64,000 nt of DNA from a bacterium (GCA_965200245.1 CBDATS010000008.1:333183-397182), one strand, 5' to 3'; counted from the stretch's first letter, positions 40,735 to 50,585 are shown. The notes: generated by a model from the sequence alone, not told the origin. A program made the numbers and translations.

Positions 40735-41772
40735 TCAATCCGCGATACCCAGCTTCGATTTCAGGAGTTCGTAGTTCGAGATATCCATTTTCAGTTCCTT
40801 GCGGTTGATGGCGCGGGCGAGTTCGCTCACTGCATCGTTGCAGGGAGTGGGAATCCCGAGTTCCTTGCCTTTTCGCGATACGAGACCGTTGATGAATTCG
40901 ATTTCGTTCTTGCGACCCTTGATGTGATCGTGAATGGGCGCCGTACGGGCGCGCGGCCCGGTGTGGCCCGTCATGGTCGTCAGGGCGTTCAGCAGTACCT
41001 TATCCTCATTACCCGAGAAATCATCCGCGCTCAGTCCAAAAACAGGCTCGATATTGATTCCCATCGCCGTACCTACCGCCACGGTCTCCTTGCCGAGCCT
41101 TACCGCGATGTCGAAGATTCCGGGAAGTTTGGCGACTTCTCTGTTGTGCAGGCCAATGAGTCCCCAGGGTCCCATGCTCATCGAGTTGACGACGAGCTTC
41201 GTCCATTTCGTGCCCCGGATGTTGGTGGAGATGTCCACCTTTGCGACGTGGTTCAGGATATTTTGGATTTCCTCCAGACGCGGGGTAACAGAGCCATCTA
41301 GTTCGCCCACGGCAAACTAGGTGCCTGTACGTGGCGTGTTGCGCTGGACGAAACCCGGATTGAATATCTCTCCCGAAAGCTCGATGCAACACCCCACCAC
41401 GCGCTCTGTGCCGAGAATGGAAGTCGTTATCTCCTCTTCGTTCATGCTGTTTTGGAGCCCCACCAGCACGCCGTTGGGTTTTAGGTGCGGTGCCATGAGT
41501 TCGGCCATCCAGCGCGTATCGAAAGATTTGACCGCCAGGAGGATTAGGTCGAATTCGGGTCGCTCCGAAGCCAGCTCGCAAACGTGAAGCGCCTTGACGC
41601 AAACCTTGAGGTCGAGATCCGGCATCTGGACGTGAAGTCCGTCTTTTTTCATAGTCTCCACGTGCGCCGGCCACTGATCGACAATGGTGACGTCATAGCC
41701 TGCGTCTGTGAGGTCTGCGGCGACGCTGCTTCCGATGGCTCCGGTTCCGAACACGGCGATCCTGTCGAACAT
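40735..41772 (-). pseudogene. panE: Ketopantoate reductase family gene interrupted by a single in-frame TAG (41317-41319)
   Basis: N half has GTGAIG, AVKS, LQN; C half has KWTKL.VN, EIEFING, PTP.N; junction reads ACC TAG TTT GCC GTG GGC GAA (T*FAVGE) in one frame. Confidence 0.85.
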
Positions 41773-42263
41773 CTCTCATCCTCCACGGGTAATTATCCGC
41801 CAATGATTTCTGAATGCAATACATATGTAGTACGCCACGCGCCGGTTTCACGAATTCATTGAGGATACGTTTCATCTGGCGCAGGTAGCGTGGAGGCGTT
41901 AGGGCGGGTTCAGAATATTGGTTGATACGAAAGCGGCAATCACCAATCATAAGAGAAATCTTGAAATGAGAATAAATGCGCGCGGCATTTATTTCGCCGC
42001 TGTGAATACAGACGATTTCCGGATTCTGCAGAGGATGCAAGAGCCTCGCAATCTCGAGGCTGAAGTCGGCAAGGCGTCTTTATATTTGCAGGTTTGCGAG
42101 CTTCCGTCATAAAGCCGGAACTTTCCCATCCTCTCGTTGAACCGTATTTGCCCGTTCGTGACTCACATACCGTCACGTCGTGTGAAGCACATACAGGAGC
42201 AACGCAATGTAAAATTCCGAGCAATCAATCGTCGACCGGACACCTCACAGAGGAGGAAGACAA

Positions 42264-43793
42264 ATGAATGGAAGGTTCGTGATTTTTGGAATGGCCGTTT
42301 TCATGTCGCTCACGCTGATGTCTGGAGGCGCGTATTCGGCGAAGAAAGACCAAATCGTCATCGGAATGCCCGGAGACCCGACGACGTTCGACCCCCACAT
42401 CCGGCTCGGGCTCCCCATGCTTCAATCCTGGCCCCTCGTGTTCGACAACCTTTTGGCGCGCGACATCAAGGGGAAAATCATCCCCGCTCTCGCCACGTCA
42501 TGGAGCTACGTTTCTCCCACGGTGTTGGAACTCAAGCTCCGCAAGGGCGTCAAGTTCCATAACGGCGAGCCCGTCGACGCGAACGCCGTAAAGTACAGTC
42601 TCAACAGGCTGTTCGACAAGAAGATCAAAAGCCGCATACGCAATTTCTACCGGAGCCTCAAGAAAGTCGAGATGGTGGATTCACACACCGTGCGCATCCA
42701 CACCAAATATCCCGACCGCTATCTCCTCTCACCACTTGCGGATTTCAGCGCGATGGTCCCGCCGAAGCATTACGCGAACAAAACACTCAAACATCTGGCG
42801 CGCAATCCGGTCGGTAGCGGCCCCTACCGTCTCACGAAATGGCGCAAGGGCTCCGAGATGGTGTTCGAAGCCGTCCAGGGCTATTGGGACAAATCACACC
42901 AGCGCGTGAAGAGGGTGGTCGTCAAGGTCATTCCTGAGCCGACTACGCGCGTTTCCGCGCTCGTCTCGGGCGCGGTTGACATGATTAAGGATATTCCGCC
43001 CCAGACGGTTCCGATGGCGAAATCAAACCCCAATGTCGATGTGGTCGCAGGCCCCGGCCCCAAGGCTTGCTCGATCATTATGGTTCTCAAGGACGGGGTG
43101 CCATGGTCCGACGTGCGCGTGCGCCAGGCAGTGAACTATGCCATCGACAAGGAAAGCATCATCAAAAATGTTTTGCAGGGACACGCCACCGCATCGCTAG
43201 GCACCATCGTGGGCCCGAACAGTTTCGGTCACAATCCGGACCTTAAGCCCTATCCCTACGACGTAGCCAAGGCGAAGAGTCTCTTGAAACAGGCCGGTTA
43301 CGAGAAAGGCTTCAACGTTCCGCTCGTGGTTCCCCTCGGGCGTTATCTCAAAGGTGTGCAGGGAGCGGAGGCCATCGCAGGACAACTCAAGAAGATCAAC
43401 ATCAACGTCATGGTGAAATCGCTCGAATACGGCGCCTGGCGCAGGAACAGCCGCTCGAAATGGAAAAAGGACTACAAGCCCTACTGGAACTACGCCTGCC
43501 GCAACGATCTCGCGCTTCACGCGGCCTGGATGTACTCGGGCCTTCTCTACAGCAAATCGACGCACGGGGGCGTGCGGAGCGAGAAGCTCGACAAGATGAT
43601 CGTGGGCGCCCGCTCCGAGCCGGATGAAGCCAGGCAGGCCGCGAAATACCGGAAACTCGCCGCATACGTGAGGGAGCAGGCATTCCTGGGCTTTTTGTAT
43701 CATCTCGACGAAATTTCCGGGAAGAAGAAAGCCGTCGACTGGAAGATGCGTTCCACGGGCCTTGTGATCGCAACCGACGCGGGGTGGAAGTAA
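42264..43793 (+). CDS. ABC substrate-binding protein, family 5 (DppA-like)
   Basis: Signal peptide; TFDPH, LRKGVKFHNG, PVGSGPY, VRQA.NYAIDK; paralog of 16834..18348. Confidence 0.93.
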   Translation: MNGRFVIFGMAVFMSLTLMSGGAYSAKKDQIVIGMPGDPTTFDPHIRLGLPMLQSWPLVFDNLLARDIKGKIIPALATSWSYVSPTVLELKLRKGVKFHNGEPVDANAVKYSLNRLFDKKIKSRIRNFYRSLKKVEMVDSHTVRIHTKYPDRYLLSPLADFSAMVPPKHYANKTLKHLARNPVGSGPYRLTKWRKGSEMVFEAVQGYWDKSHQRVKRVVVKVIPEPTTRVSALVSGAVDMIKDIPPQTVPMAKSNPNVDVVAGPGPKACSIIMVLKDGVPWSDVRVRQAVNYAIDKESIIKNVLQGHATASLGTIVGPNSFGHNPDLKPYPYDVAKAKSLLKQAGYEKGFNVPLVVPLGRYLKGVQGAEAIAGQLKKININVMVKSLEYGAWRRNSRSKWKKDYKPYWNYACRNDLALHAAWMYSGLLYSKSTHGGVRSEKLDKMIVGARSEPDEARQAAKYRKLAAYVREQAFLGFLYHLDEISGKKKAVDWKMRSTGLVIATDAGWK

Positions 43794-43807
43794 AAGGGAT
43801 TCCTTGC

Positions 43808-43844
43808 CTCTCTCCGGACTCCTTTCGGTCAATCCGGGAGAGAG
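43808..43844 (+). other. Stem-loop after SBP gene
   Basis: CTCTCTCCGGA ... TCCGGGAGAGAG. Confidence 0.55.
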
Positions 43845-43924
43845 CGGCGCCTGATACCCGAATCCGTGACCTCGGGTGGGCGTAGGGAACAGGGTTCGGA
43901 TTTCGCCTTGCAACGGGGGGCGCA

Positions 43925-44842
43925 ATGACGGGGTTTATCGTTCGGCGGATGTTTCAGGCCATCGTGCTCATGAAGTTCGTTCTGATATTCGTGTTCCTGC
44001 TGTTGCATCTCTCAGGCGATCCGGCCCGGATCATGCTTCCCGACGACGCCACCGAAGAAGATATCGCAGAGCTCAGAAACGAAATGGGTCTCGACAAGCC
44101 GTTGTTGACACAGTATTTCATTTTCTTCCGCAACGTCTTGCACGGGAACTTCGGCGAATCCTTCGAGCATGGCGAATCCGCGCTCAAGGTCGTGCTCGAA
44201 CACCTGCCGGCCACGATTGAACTCGCCTCGGCTGCGTTCATCATGTCTGTCATCATCGGCCTTCCGTTCGGGTGCATCGCCGCACTCAAGGAAAACACTG
44301 TCTACGACAAGGGCCTGATGTTCGGAGCCGTACTCGGCCAGGCGGTTCCCGATTTCTGGCTCGGGCTGATGATGATCCTGTTTTTCTCCGTGAAGCTGGG
44401 GTGGCTTCCTCCGTTCGGGTACGGAGAGACAGTTCACTTCATCATGTCTACCATTGCCGCCGGCGTATTTCACACGGCCCGTCTCGCGCGGTTGATGCGC
44501 TCCGAGATGCTCGAAGTGCTGCGCCAAGATTACATTCTCACGGCGTACTCGAAGGGATTGGCAGAGAAGGTCGTGCTGTTCAAGCACGCGCTCAAGAACT
44601 CGGCTATCCCTATCGTCACCATACTGGGCCTTGACCTCGCCCTCACGCTGGGGGGAACGGTGATCACCGAAACCGTGTTTGCCTGGCCTGGCGTAGGGCG
44701 ACTCACGGTCGCCGCCATTCACCACCGCGACTACCCGATCGTACAGGCGGCGGTTTTTCTTCTCGCACTGGGGTTTGTCGTCATCAATCTGCTGGTGGAC
44801 ATCATCTACACATACCTCGACCCCAGGATACAGTACCGATGA
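43925..44842 (+). CDS. Dpp/Opp-type ABC permease (DppB-like)
   Basis: GDPA, PATIEL, PDFW, QDYI.TA.SKG, WPGVG. Confidence 0.93.
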   Translation: MTGFIVRRMFQAIVLMKFVLIFVFLLLHLSGDPARIMLPDDATEEDIAELRNEMGLDKPLLTQYFIFFRNVLHGNFGESFEHGESALKVVLEHLPATIELASAAFIMSVIIGLPFGCIAALKENTVYDKGLMFGAVLGQAVPDFWLGLMMILFFSVKLGWLPPFGYGETVHFIMSTIAAGVFHTARLARLMRSEMLEVLRQDYILTAYSKGLAEKVVLFKHALKNSAIPIVTILGLDLALTLGGTVITETVFAWPGVGRLTVAAIHHRDYPIVQAAVFLLALGFVVINLLVDIIYTYLDPRIQYR

Positions 44843-45753
44843 AACATGAAAGCGATGAAGTCATCATGATGGTCGAGGAGTTCCAGCACTTCGACGAATT
44901 CCCTTGGTGGCGGCGTCTCGCGCGCTCGCTCGTCGCCACGAAATCGGCGATGGCGGGAGCCGTGATATTGCTCATCGTGCTGTTTGCAGCACTTCTGGCC
45001 CCCGCGCTGGCACCGATGGACCCTACGGCGCAATCCCTCACCCGGGTCATGAAGCCGCCCATGTGGGAAGGGGAGGGGTATATCTTTTTCTTGGGCACCG
45101 ACCATCTCGGCCGCGATCTCCTGAGCAGGTTGATATACGGTGCGCGCGTGCCCCTTATCGTCGGAATCTCTGCGACGGCGTTGGCAGGGAGCATTGGCCT
45201 GATCCTCGGTATGCTGGCGGGCTACTTCGGCGGGCGGGTGGACTATCTGCTCATGCGGCTAGTGGATTTTGTTCTCTCGTTTCCGTTCATTCTGCTGGCC
45301 CTGGCCACCATCGCCATTCTGGGGCCGAGCCTTTGGCTGATTGTCTCGTTGATCTCGTTTCGCCAGTGGACGGTGTATGCGCGCGTGGTGCGTGGTAACG
45401 TGCTCTCGATTCGTGAACAGGAGTTCGTCATTGCCTCGCGCGCCGTCGGGGGCAGCGATTTACGCCTCATCTTCCGCCATGTTCTGCCCAATGTTCTGGC
45501 GCCCGTCATCATCGGCTCGCTTTACCTGGGGCGACTGATTGTCATCGAGGCGGGCCTGAGTTTTCTGGGGCTGGGTGTTCCGCCACCCACGCCCACCTGG
45601 GGCGGGCTCTTGGCGGAAGGCCGATCCTATCTGTATGTCTCGTGGTGGATCGTTACGTTCCCGGGGCTCGCCATCACACTCACCGTGCTGGGCGCCAACC
45701 TCGTGGGCGATTGGCTGAGAGACGTCTTGGACCCGCGCCTAAGGATGCGCTAG
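44839..45753 (+). CDS. Dpp/Opp-type ABC permease (DppC-like)
   Basis: LGTDHLGRD, EAGLSFLGLG, DPR. Confidence 0.93.
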   Translation: MKHESDEVIMMVEEFQHFDEFPWWRRLARSLVATKSAMAGAVILLIVLFAALLAPALAPMDPTAQSLTRVMKPPMWEGEGYIFFLGTDHLGRDLLSRLIYGARVPLIVGISATALAGSIGLILGMLAGYFGGRVDYLLMRLVDFVLSFPFILLALATIAILGPSLWLIVSLISFRQWTVYARVVRGNVLSIREQEFVIASRAVGGSDLRLIFRHVLPNVLAPVIIGSLYLGRLIVIEAGLSFLGLGVPPPTPTWGGLLAEGRSYLYVSWWIVTFPGLAITLTVLGANLVGDWLRDVLDPRLRMR

Positions 45754-45783
45754 CGAATACCCGTTCTAATTCAGGAGAGAGAA

Positions 45784-46227
45784 ATGAGCGAAGACATCAT
45801 GGAAAATTACGTCGACAAAAACCCCGACGTTCAGGAGCGATTCAGAAAAGCGGGCGAAATCCGCCGCGCGATGGGCATCTACGGAGAAGGCGGGCAGACC
45901 ACGAGTGATTTTCTGGGAATATCTCCTGTCCACACGCAGACAATCATGGAGTATTGTTTCGGTATGGTCTGGGCGCAGTCGAAGCTCGACCTCAGGACCC
46001 GCGAAATTATCGTGCTTGCCACCATGGTGGCGCAGGATCTGCCTGGAGAGCTAGAGTGGCACGTGCGCTCTGCTCTCAATCTGGGTCTCACGCAGGAAGA
46101 AATTATCGAGGCGATCGTGCAGTGCTCCCCCTATGTCGGGTTGCCTAAAACGAACCACGCGCTCAGGGCGGCGAAGCGGGCGTTCGATGAGGTCGAGGGA
46201 AAAGAACCGAGCGATCTGGGGCACTAG
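45784..46227 (+). CDS. Carboxymuconolactone decarboxylase family protein
   Basis: EYCFG.VW....LD.RTRE, EL.WH...ALN.G.T.EEI.E...Q...Y.G.P. Confidence 0.88.
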   Translation: MSEDIMENYVDKNPDVQERFRKAGEIRRAMGIYGEGGQTTSDFLGISPVHTQTIMEYCFGMVWAQSKLDLRTREIIVLATMVAQDLPGELEWHVRSALNLGLTQEEIIEAIVQCSPYVGLPKTNHALRAAKRAFDEVEGKEPSDLGH

Positions 46228-46228
46228 A

Positions 46229-46398
46229 GATCCGCCGCCTGTTCGGGGTAAGGCATCTTCGCAGGTGGACAACCCGCCGTAGTGAGGCTTGCAGATATTC
46301 CCGCGCCTGGCGCGGGGGCTATTTCCCTTGGAGGAGCCCGGGTTAATTCTTGTCTGCCGATGTGATGTGCCGGGGATGTCCTGCTCCCAGGTCTGCTG
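46229..46398. repeat. Diverged direct-repeat copy A (3' end of YHS gene plus downstream DNA; frameshifted)
   Basis: Aligns with 47231-47401 over about 170 bp, with roughly 20 substitutions (mostly transitions) and a 1-nt deletion. Confidence 0.9.
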
Positions 46399-46557
46399 TC
46401 CGCTTCGCTTTCCGTTCGGCTTGCCGCTACCGTCAGCACCGGTTCGGGTACCGGTGCCCTTGGTGTATTGGGTACGCGTTGCCGACTGGCAAACGCCTTG
46501 TTGCTTGCCTATAATAGCCCCTGTTATCGGAAGTTGAGCCAGGAAGGGAGACACACC

Positions 46558-46807
46558 ATGACAGCGGTCGAAATAGCCACCGTCGCCTCGCCGATAGTCG
46601 CAGCCGTGGTCGGGCTCTTGCAGGCCGGGGTTATCGCTTGGGGCATCCGGGCGATGGTCCGGGCCAATGACGGCCGCACGAAAGCGGACGCGCGCCGAAG
46701 CCGAAGTCGCCCGCCACACCGAAGCCATGACGGCGCTCCGGGCCCTGGTACAGGGTCTCGAACGTCAGGGAGCCGCTCTCGAAGCAGCCTTGAAGAACCG
46801 GGCATAG
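46558..46807 (+). pseudogene. Small membrane protein (1 TM plus coiled coil), frameshifted in a CG dinucleotide run
   Basis: TATAAT at 46510 and GGAAGGGAG RBS; MTAVEIATVASPIVAAVVGLLQAGVIAWGIRAM... continues in a shifted frame as AEAEVARHTEAMTALRALVQGLERQGAALEAALKNRA*. Confidence 0.6.
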
Positions 46808-47230
46808 CTCCCGATTCCGGGAAACGGACACTCCGTGACTACCGCACCGCCTTGATGCTGTCCACCGAAGCCGGGGTCGTCCAGGTTCAGGAAAGTGCCC
46901 GGAAGTTCGTCAACGTCTCTTCCAGCGCCAACACGCGCACCGCCTGCGCCGGGGTCAAGGGCCGAATCTTCGACCACTCCCTCCGGATCTGTGCCACCCA
47001 ATCCCTCACCGATGCCAGCGTCTCATCAAAGCGAACGCGCAAAGGAAGCCAAGGCTCCCCTTCCCTGGCGAGCCCAGTGAAGGGGGACAAGACAATGCGC
47101 GTGTCACTGGTCATGTTGCTTATGGGCGTTGCGTCGCAGGTTCCGTCCAAAGTGTTGGCTGCACTTCAGGTAGCGGCTGTTCACCTCGCCATTGCTATTG
47201 TAGCAGTTTCGACAATGCCGGTAGCCGCCG

Positions 47231-47401
47231 GATCCGCCGCCTGTTCGGGGCAAGGCATCTTCCTGGGTGGACAACCCACCGCAATGAGGCTTGCGAATAT
47301 TCCCGCACCAGGCGCGGGGACTATTTCCCTTGGAGGAGCTTGGGCCAATTCTTGTCTGCCGATGCGATGTGGCCGGGGATATCCTGCTCCCAGGCCCGTT
47401 G
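47231..47401. repeat. Direct-repeat copy B (contains the intact YHS 3' end)
   Basis: Second copy, 1002 bp from copy A. Confidence 0.9.
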
Positions 47402-47809
47402 AACACCCTTGCTGTAGTTGAGGTAGAGCTTGCCGTCCACGATCTTCCAGGCTTCAGGGACGATGCCCGCGGTGTAGCCTTGGCTCACGGCGTATGCGCA
47501 GTAGCCGCCGTATTGGGGAGCGTATTTTTCAGGGTCCATACGAAACAGGTCGCGGTTTTTCTCGCTCTTGAAATACCACGTCGCGCCCTTCCACTTGTGG
47601 GAGAAAGTCTTTTTCCCCTCTACGGGTTTTTTCTCCGTGAAATAGGCCACCGGGTCGTATCCCCGGATGGCACCGCCCAGCAAAGTGGAATAAACGGGCG
47701 ACAGGGCTGCTGCCGAGACGGGAAGAACGAGCAAGAAGGCGATGAACGAAAATGCGGCGCAAACCCGACGTTTGGATAAGACCTTGGGCGTATGATTTTG
47801 ATTTCGCAT
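47321..47809 (-). CDS. Secreted YHS-domain protein (Cys form of the YHS (seleno)protein family)
   Basis: Signal peptide; GYDPVAYF, P.KYAPQYGGYCAYA, WKIVDGKLYLNY. Confidence 0.9.
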   Translation of the reverse strand: MRNQNHTPKVLSKRRVCAAFSFIAFLLVLPVSAAALSPVYSTLLGGAIRGYDPVAYFTEKKPVEGKKTFSHKWKGATWYFKSEKNRDLFRMDPEKYAPQYGGYCAYAVSQGYTAGIVPEAWKIVDGKLYLNYSKGVQRAWEQDIPGHIASADKNWPKLLQGK

Positions 47810-48397
47810 CTATTGAGCATCCTCTGAAAAACGGCGGCGAAATTACAGGGCGGCATGACTCCCTGAATACACAGTATACTCCAAAGTCCTGGAGATGCGT
47901 GCCAAGTTGCGGTGAAAAGCCCATCAGGCGTCGTAAAACCCGGGTAATTTGTGATAACCCTCGCGAGGCGGTTCGCTTTGAGCGAAAGGCTCATCCTTGT
48001 TTCCGCCTCCGGACGGTTGGAGGTCTCTCCACAACTGAAGCACGGTTTTCACCTGTTCTTCTTTCTGGAGGCTCCCCGCCCGTGGTGCGAACGGTGTGCT
48101 CTATTTCTACGAGTGGGAAGCGGGAGATCAACATTTCCGTAAAGGGGTAAAGGGATGGTACGAGTGTACTGCGTCAACCGGTATCGAACTTCTGTGCGAG
48201 CCCGTCATGCCGATGTTCCGGGCAGGGCGTCGTTTCAAAGGAAAAATACAGGAGAACCTGCCGGCTCGTGCCCGAGACTCGGGATGTGGTCTGGCGACAT
48301 CTCCATTATGCGGTGGGCGCACCGTCAAGACGGGTGAACAAACGTGCCTGTTCGGGCTAAGATGGGGCATCGTCCATATCTTTTGAACGGGAAATCC

Positions 48398-50419
48398 ATG
48401 ACTCGGGAACCCAGCGTAGATATCGACCCCATAACACTTGAAGTCATCAACGAGTCCTTCGTCTCCGTCGTTCGCGAGATGCGCGCGAACATGGTGCGCA
48501 CGGCATATTCTTCCATAATCTACGAGGGACACGATTTCTCCTGCGTGCTTGTGGACGCTGCGGGTCAACTCGTCGCGATGGCGGAGGACAACCCCGTCCA
48601 CATTTTCCCGGTGCCGATGGAAGTCGGTCAGATGCTCGATCGGTTCAGAGGTGATATTCACCCGGGTGACGTCTTTATCCACAACGACCCCTATACGGGC
48701 GGAACGCACCTGAACGATGTGGCGATTATCTCGCCCCTGTTTCACGGCGGGGATATGATGGTCTACCCTGTCGTCCGCGCCCACTGGGGGGACGTAGGCG
48801 GTACGACGCCCGGAAGCATATCCGGCAAGAACACGGAGATTCTCCACGATGGGGTGCGCATCCCGATCTTGAGAATCATTGAGCGGGGAGAACTCAACCA
48901 GGGGCTTCTTGATCTTCTGCTCCACAATATGCGGGTTCCCGAGGAGCGGCGCGGGGATTTCTTCGCCATGCTCGCCACCTGTCACACCGCCCACAGGCGC
49001 CTGGAGGAGTTGGCCGAAAAATACGGGTGGAGACTCATCCTCGCTGTGAAGGATCGTCTGCTCGATCGCGCCGAGGCCTCCATGCGGCGCAGAATCGCCG
49101 CCCTGCCCGATGGAGAATCCACCTACGAACATTTCATGGATCACGACGGGCATTCGCTCACGCCGATACGCATCCGTGCGAGAGTCGAGAAAAAAGGCGA
49201 TGAACTGATCATCGATTTTCACGGAACCGACCCCCAGACAAGGGGTGCCTACAACGTCGGCCCCGCCATGGCGCCCTCGGCTGCCTTCAGCGTTATCAAG
49301 GCGTTCCTGCACCCCAAAGGCGCCATCAACCACGGGGCTTTCCGCCCGCTCGCCATCAAGGTCGAGCCGGGCTCCCTGCTTTCTGCGCGATACCCCGCGA
49401 GTTGCGCAGGATCGATGGAGGTGAGCCACGCCGTGGTCTCGGCACTCATCGGCGCGACGGCGCGCTTCGCGCCCGACGCGGTGACGGGCGACCTGAAGGG
49501 CACTTCGAACCATGTCTACATCGGCGGACGGGATGCGCAAAGCGGGGAGCCGTTTCTTTTCTACGAGTTTCCGGCGGGCGGCACGGGAGGCTTCGCCGAG
49601 AGCGACGGCAACAACGCGACACGGAATTTCACCGAGGGGGATTTTGCGTCTATCCAGCCGGTCGAGGTCATCGAGCAGAACCAGCCGCTCAAGATCAGGG
49701 AACTCATCCTTCGCGCGGATTCGGGTGGAGCCGGCGCCCGTAGAGGCGGACTCGGCTTGCGCCGCGAAGTGGAAGTACTGGCGGAAAGCGCGCTACTCTC
49801 GATCTCATCGGACAAGAATCTGATTCCGCCCTTCGGCGTTCTCGACGGCGGGCCGGGCAGGCCCAACCGCTTCCGTGTTGAAAGGGGCGAGGAAACGCTC
49901 GCACCCTCTGAGACACCGGGCAAGGCAGCGGGCTTTCCCCTTGCACGGGGCGACGTGTTCGTCATGGAGACGTCGGGCGGGGGCGGATTCGGGGATCCTT
50001 TTCAGCGGGAAGCCGAGTCGGTTCTCGCCGACGTGCGTGCGGGCTACGTGACCGAAGATGGAGCGATGCGCGATTACGCCGTCATAGTATCTGATGGTGT
50101 TCTGGATGAGGAAGCCACGCGTGTGCGCAGGCAGGCCGCCCGGGCTGCGAGGCGTGCGCATATGCTCGTTCTCGTCGATGAGAATATCCGGGAGGATTCG
50201 CGCCGCAGGTGCTATATGAACTCGGCGACGCTTAGAATGCGGGGTCTTCAGGAGGGGGATCTGGTCGAATTGCGCGGAAAGTGGGGAGTTCCGCTTCGCG
50301 CCTGGATGAAGAGTGACGATGCGCTGCCCGAGAACGCGGCCGGTCTGGCCGCGGACGGCGTCACCATACTCGACGCGGAGGACGGCGACGCCGTGTTCCT
50401 GTCTTCCATCATGTTATGA
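48398..50419 (+). CDS. Hydantoinase B/5-oxoprolinase family subunit
   Basis: DPITLEV, RTAYS.II.E..DFS, NDPY.GGTHLND, HW.DVGG..PGS, DSGGAG..RGG, GGGGFGDP. Confidence 0.93.
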   Translation: MTREPSVDIDPITLEVINESFVSVVREMRANMVRTAYSSIIYEGHDFSCVLVDAAGQLVAMAEDNPVHIFPVPMEVGQMLDRFRGDIHPGDVFIHNDPYTGGTHLNDVAIISPLFHGGDMMVYPVVRAHWGDVGGTTPGSISGKNTEILHDGVRIPILRIIERGELNQGLLDLLLHNMRVPEERRGDFFAMLATCHTAHRRLEELAEKYGWRLILAVKDRLLDRAEASMRRRIAALPDGESTYEHFMDHDGHSLTPIRIRARVEKKGDELIIDFHGTDPQTRGAYNVGPAMAPSAAFSVIKAFLHPKGAINHGAFRPLAIKVEPGSLLSARYPASCAGSMEVSHAVVSALIGATARFAPDAVTGDLKGTSNHVYIGGRDAQSGEPFLFYEFPAGGTGGFAESDGNNATRNFTEGDFASIQPVEVIEQNQPLKIRELILRADSGGAGARRGGLGLRREVEVLAESALLSISSDKNLIPPFGVLDGGPGRPNRFRVERGEETLAPSETPGKAAGFPLARGDVFVMETSGGGGFGDPFQREAESVLADVRAGYVTEDGAMRDYAVIVSDGVLDEEATRVRRQAARAARRAHMLVLVDENIREDSRRRCYMNSATLRMRGLQEGDLVELRGKWGVPLRAWMKSDDALPENAAGLAADGVTILDAEDGDAVFLSSIML

Positions 50420-50585
50420 ATGATTCGATATCGCCATCTTTTGAGGCATCGTCCTGAAGTTCCATAACAATGTTCTCAGTTTGGTTTTCATTAAGTAGGC
50501 TGTATTCATCGTTTGGGATTTCCTCCGCTACTAAAATGAAAAATCACGATTTCAATAGCTACCAGCCACCGCAGGCCATATGGAG

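Noticed and set aside
46229-47401. Repeat pair as a DGR template/variable region
   Set aside because: Differences are mixed transitions in both directions rather than adenine-specific, the repeat extends into non-coding DNA, and there is no reverse transcriptase in the window
46468-47421. 317-aa ORF as a real protein
   Set aside because: It is a run-on from the frameshifted micro-gene through non-coding and antisense YHS sequence
47321-47809. YHS protein as a selenoprotein served by selC
   Set aside because: The GGYCAY position is TGC (Cys); I saw no convincing in-frame TGA in any gene of the window
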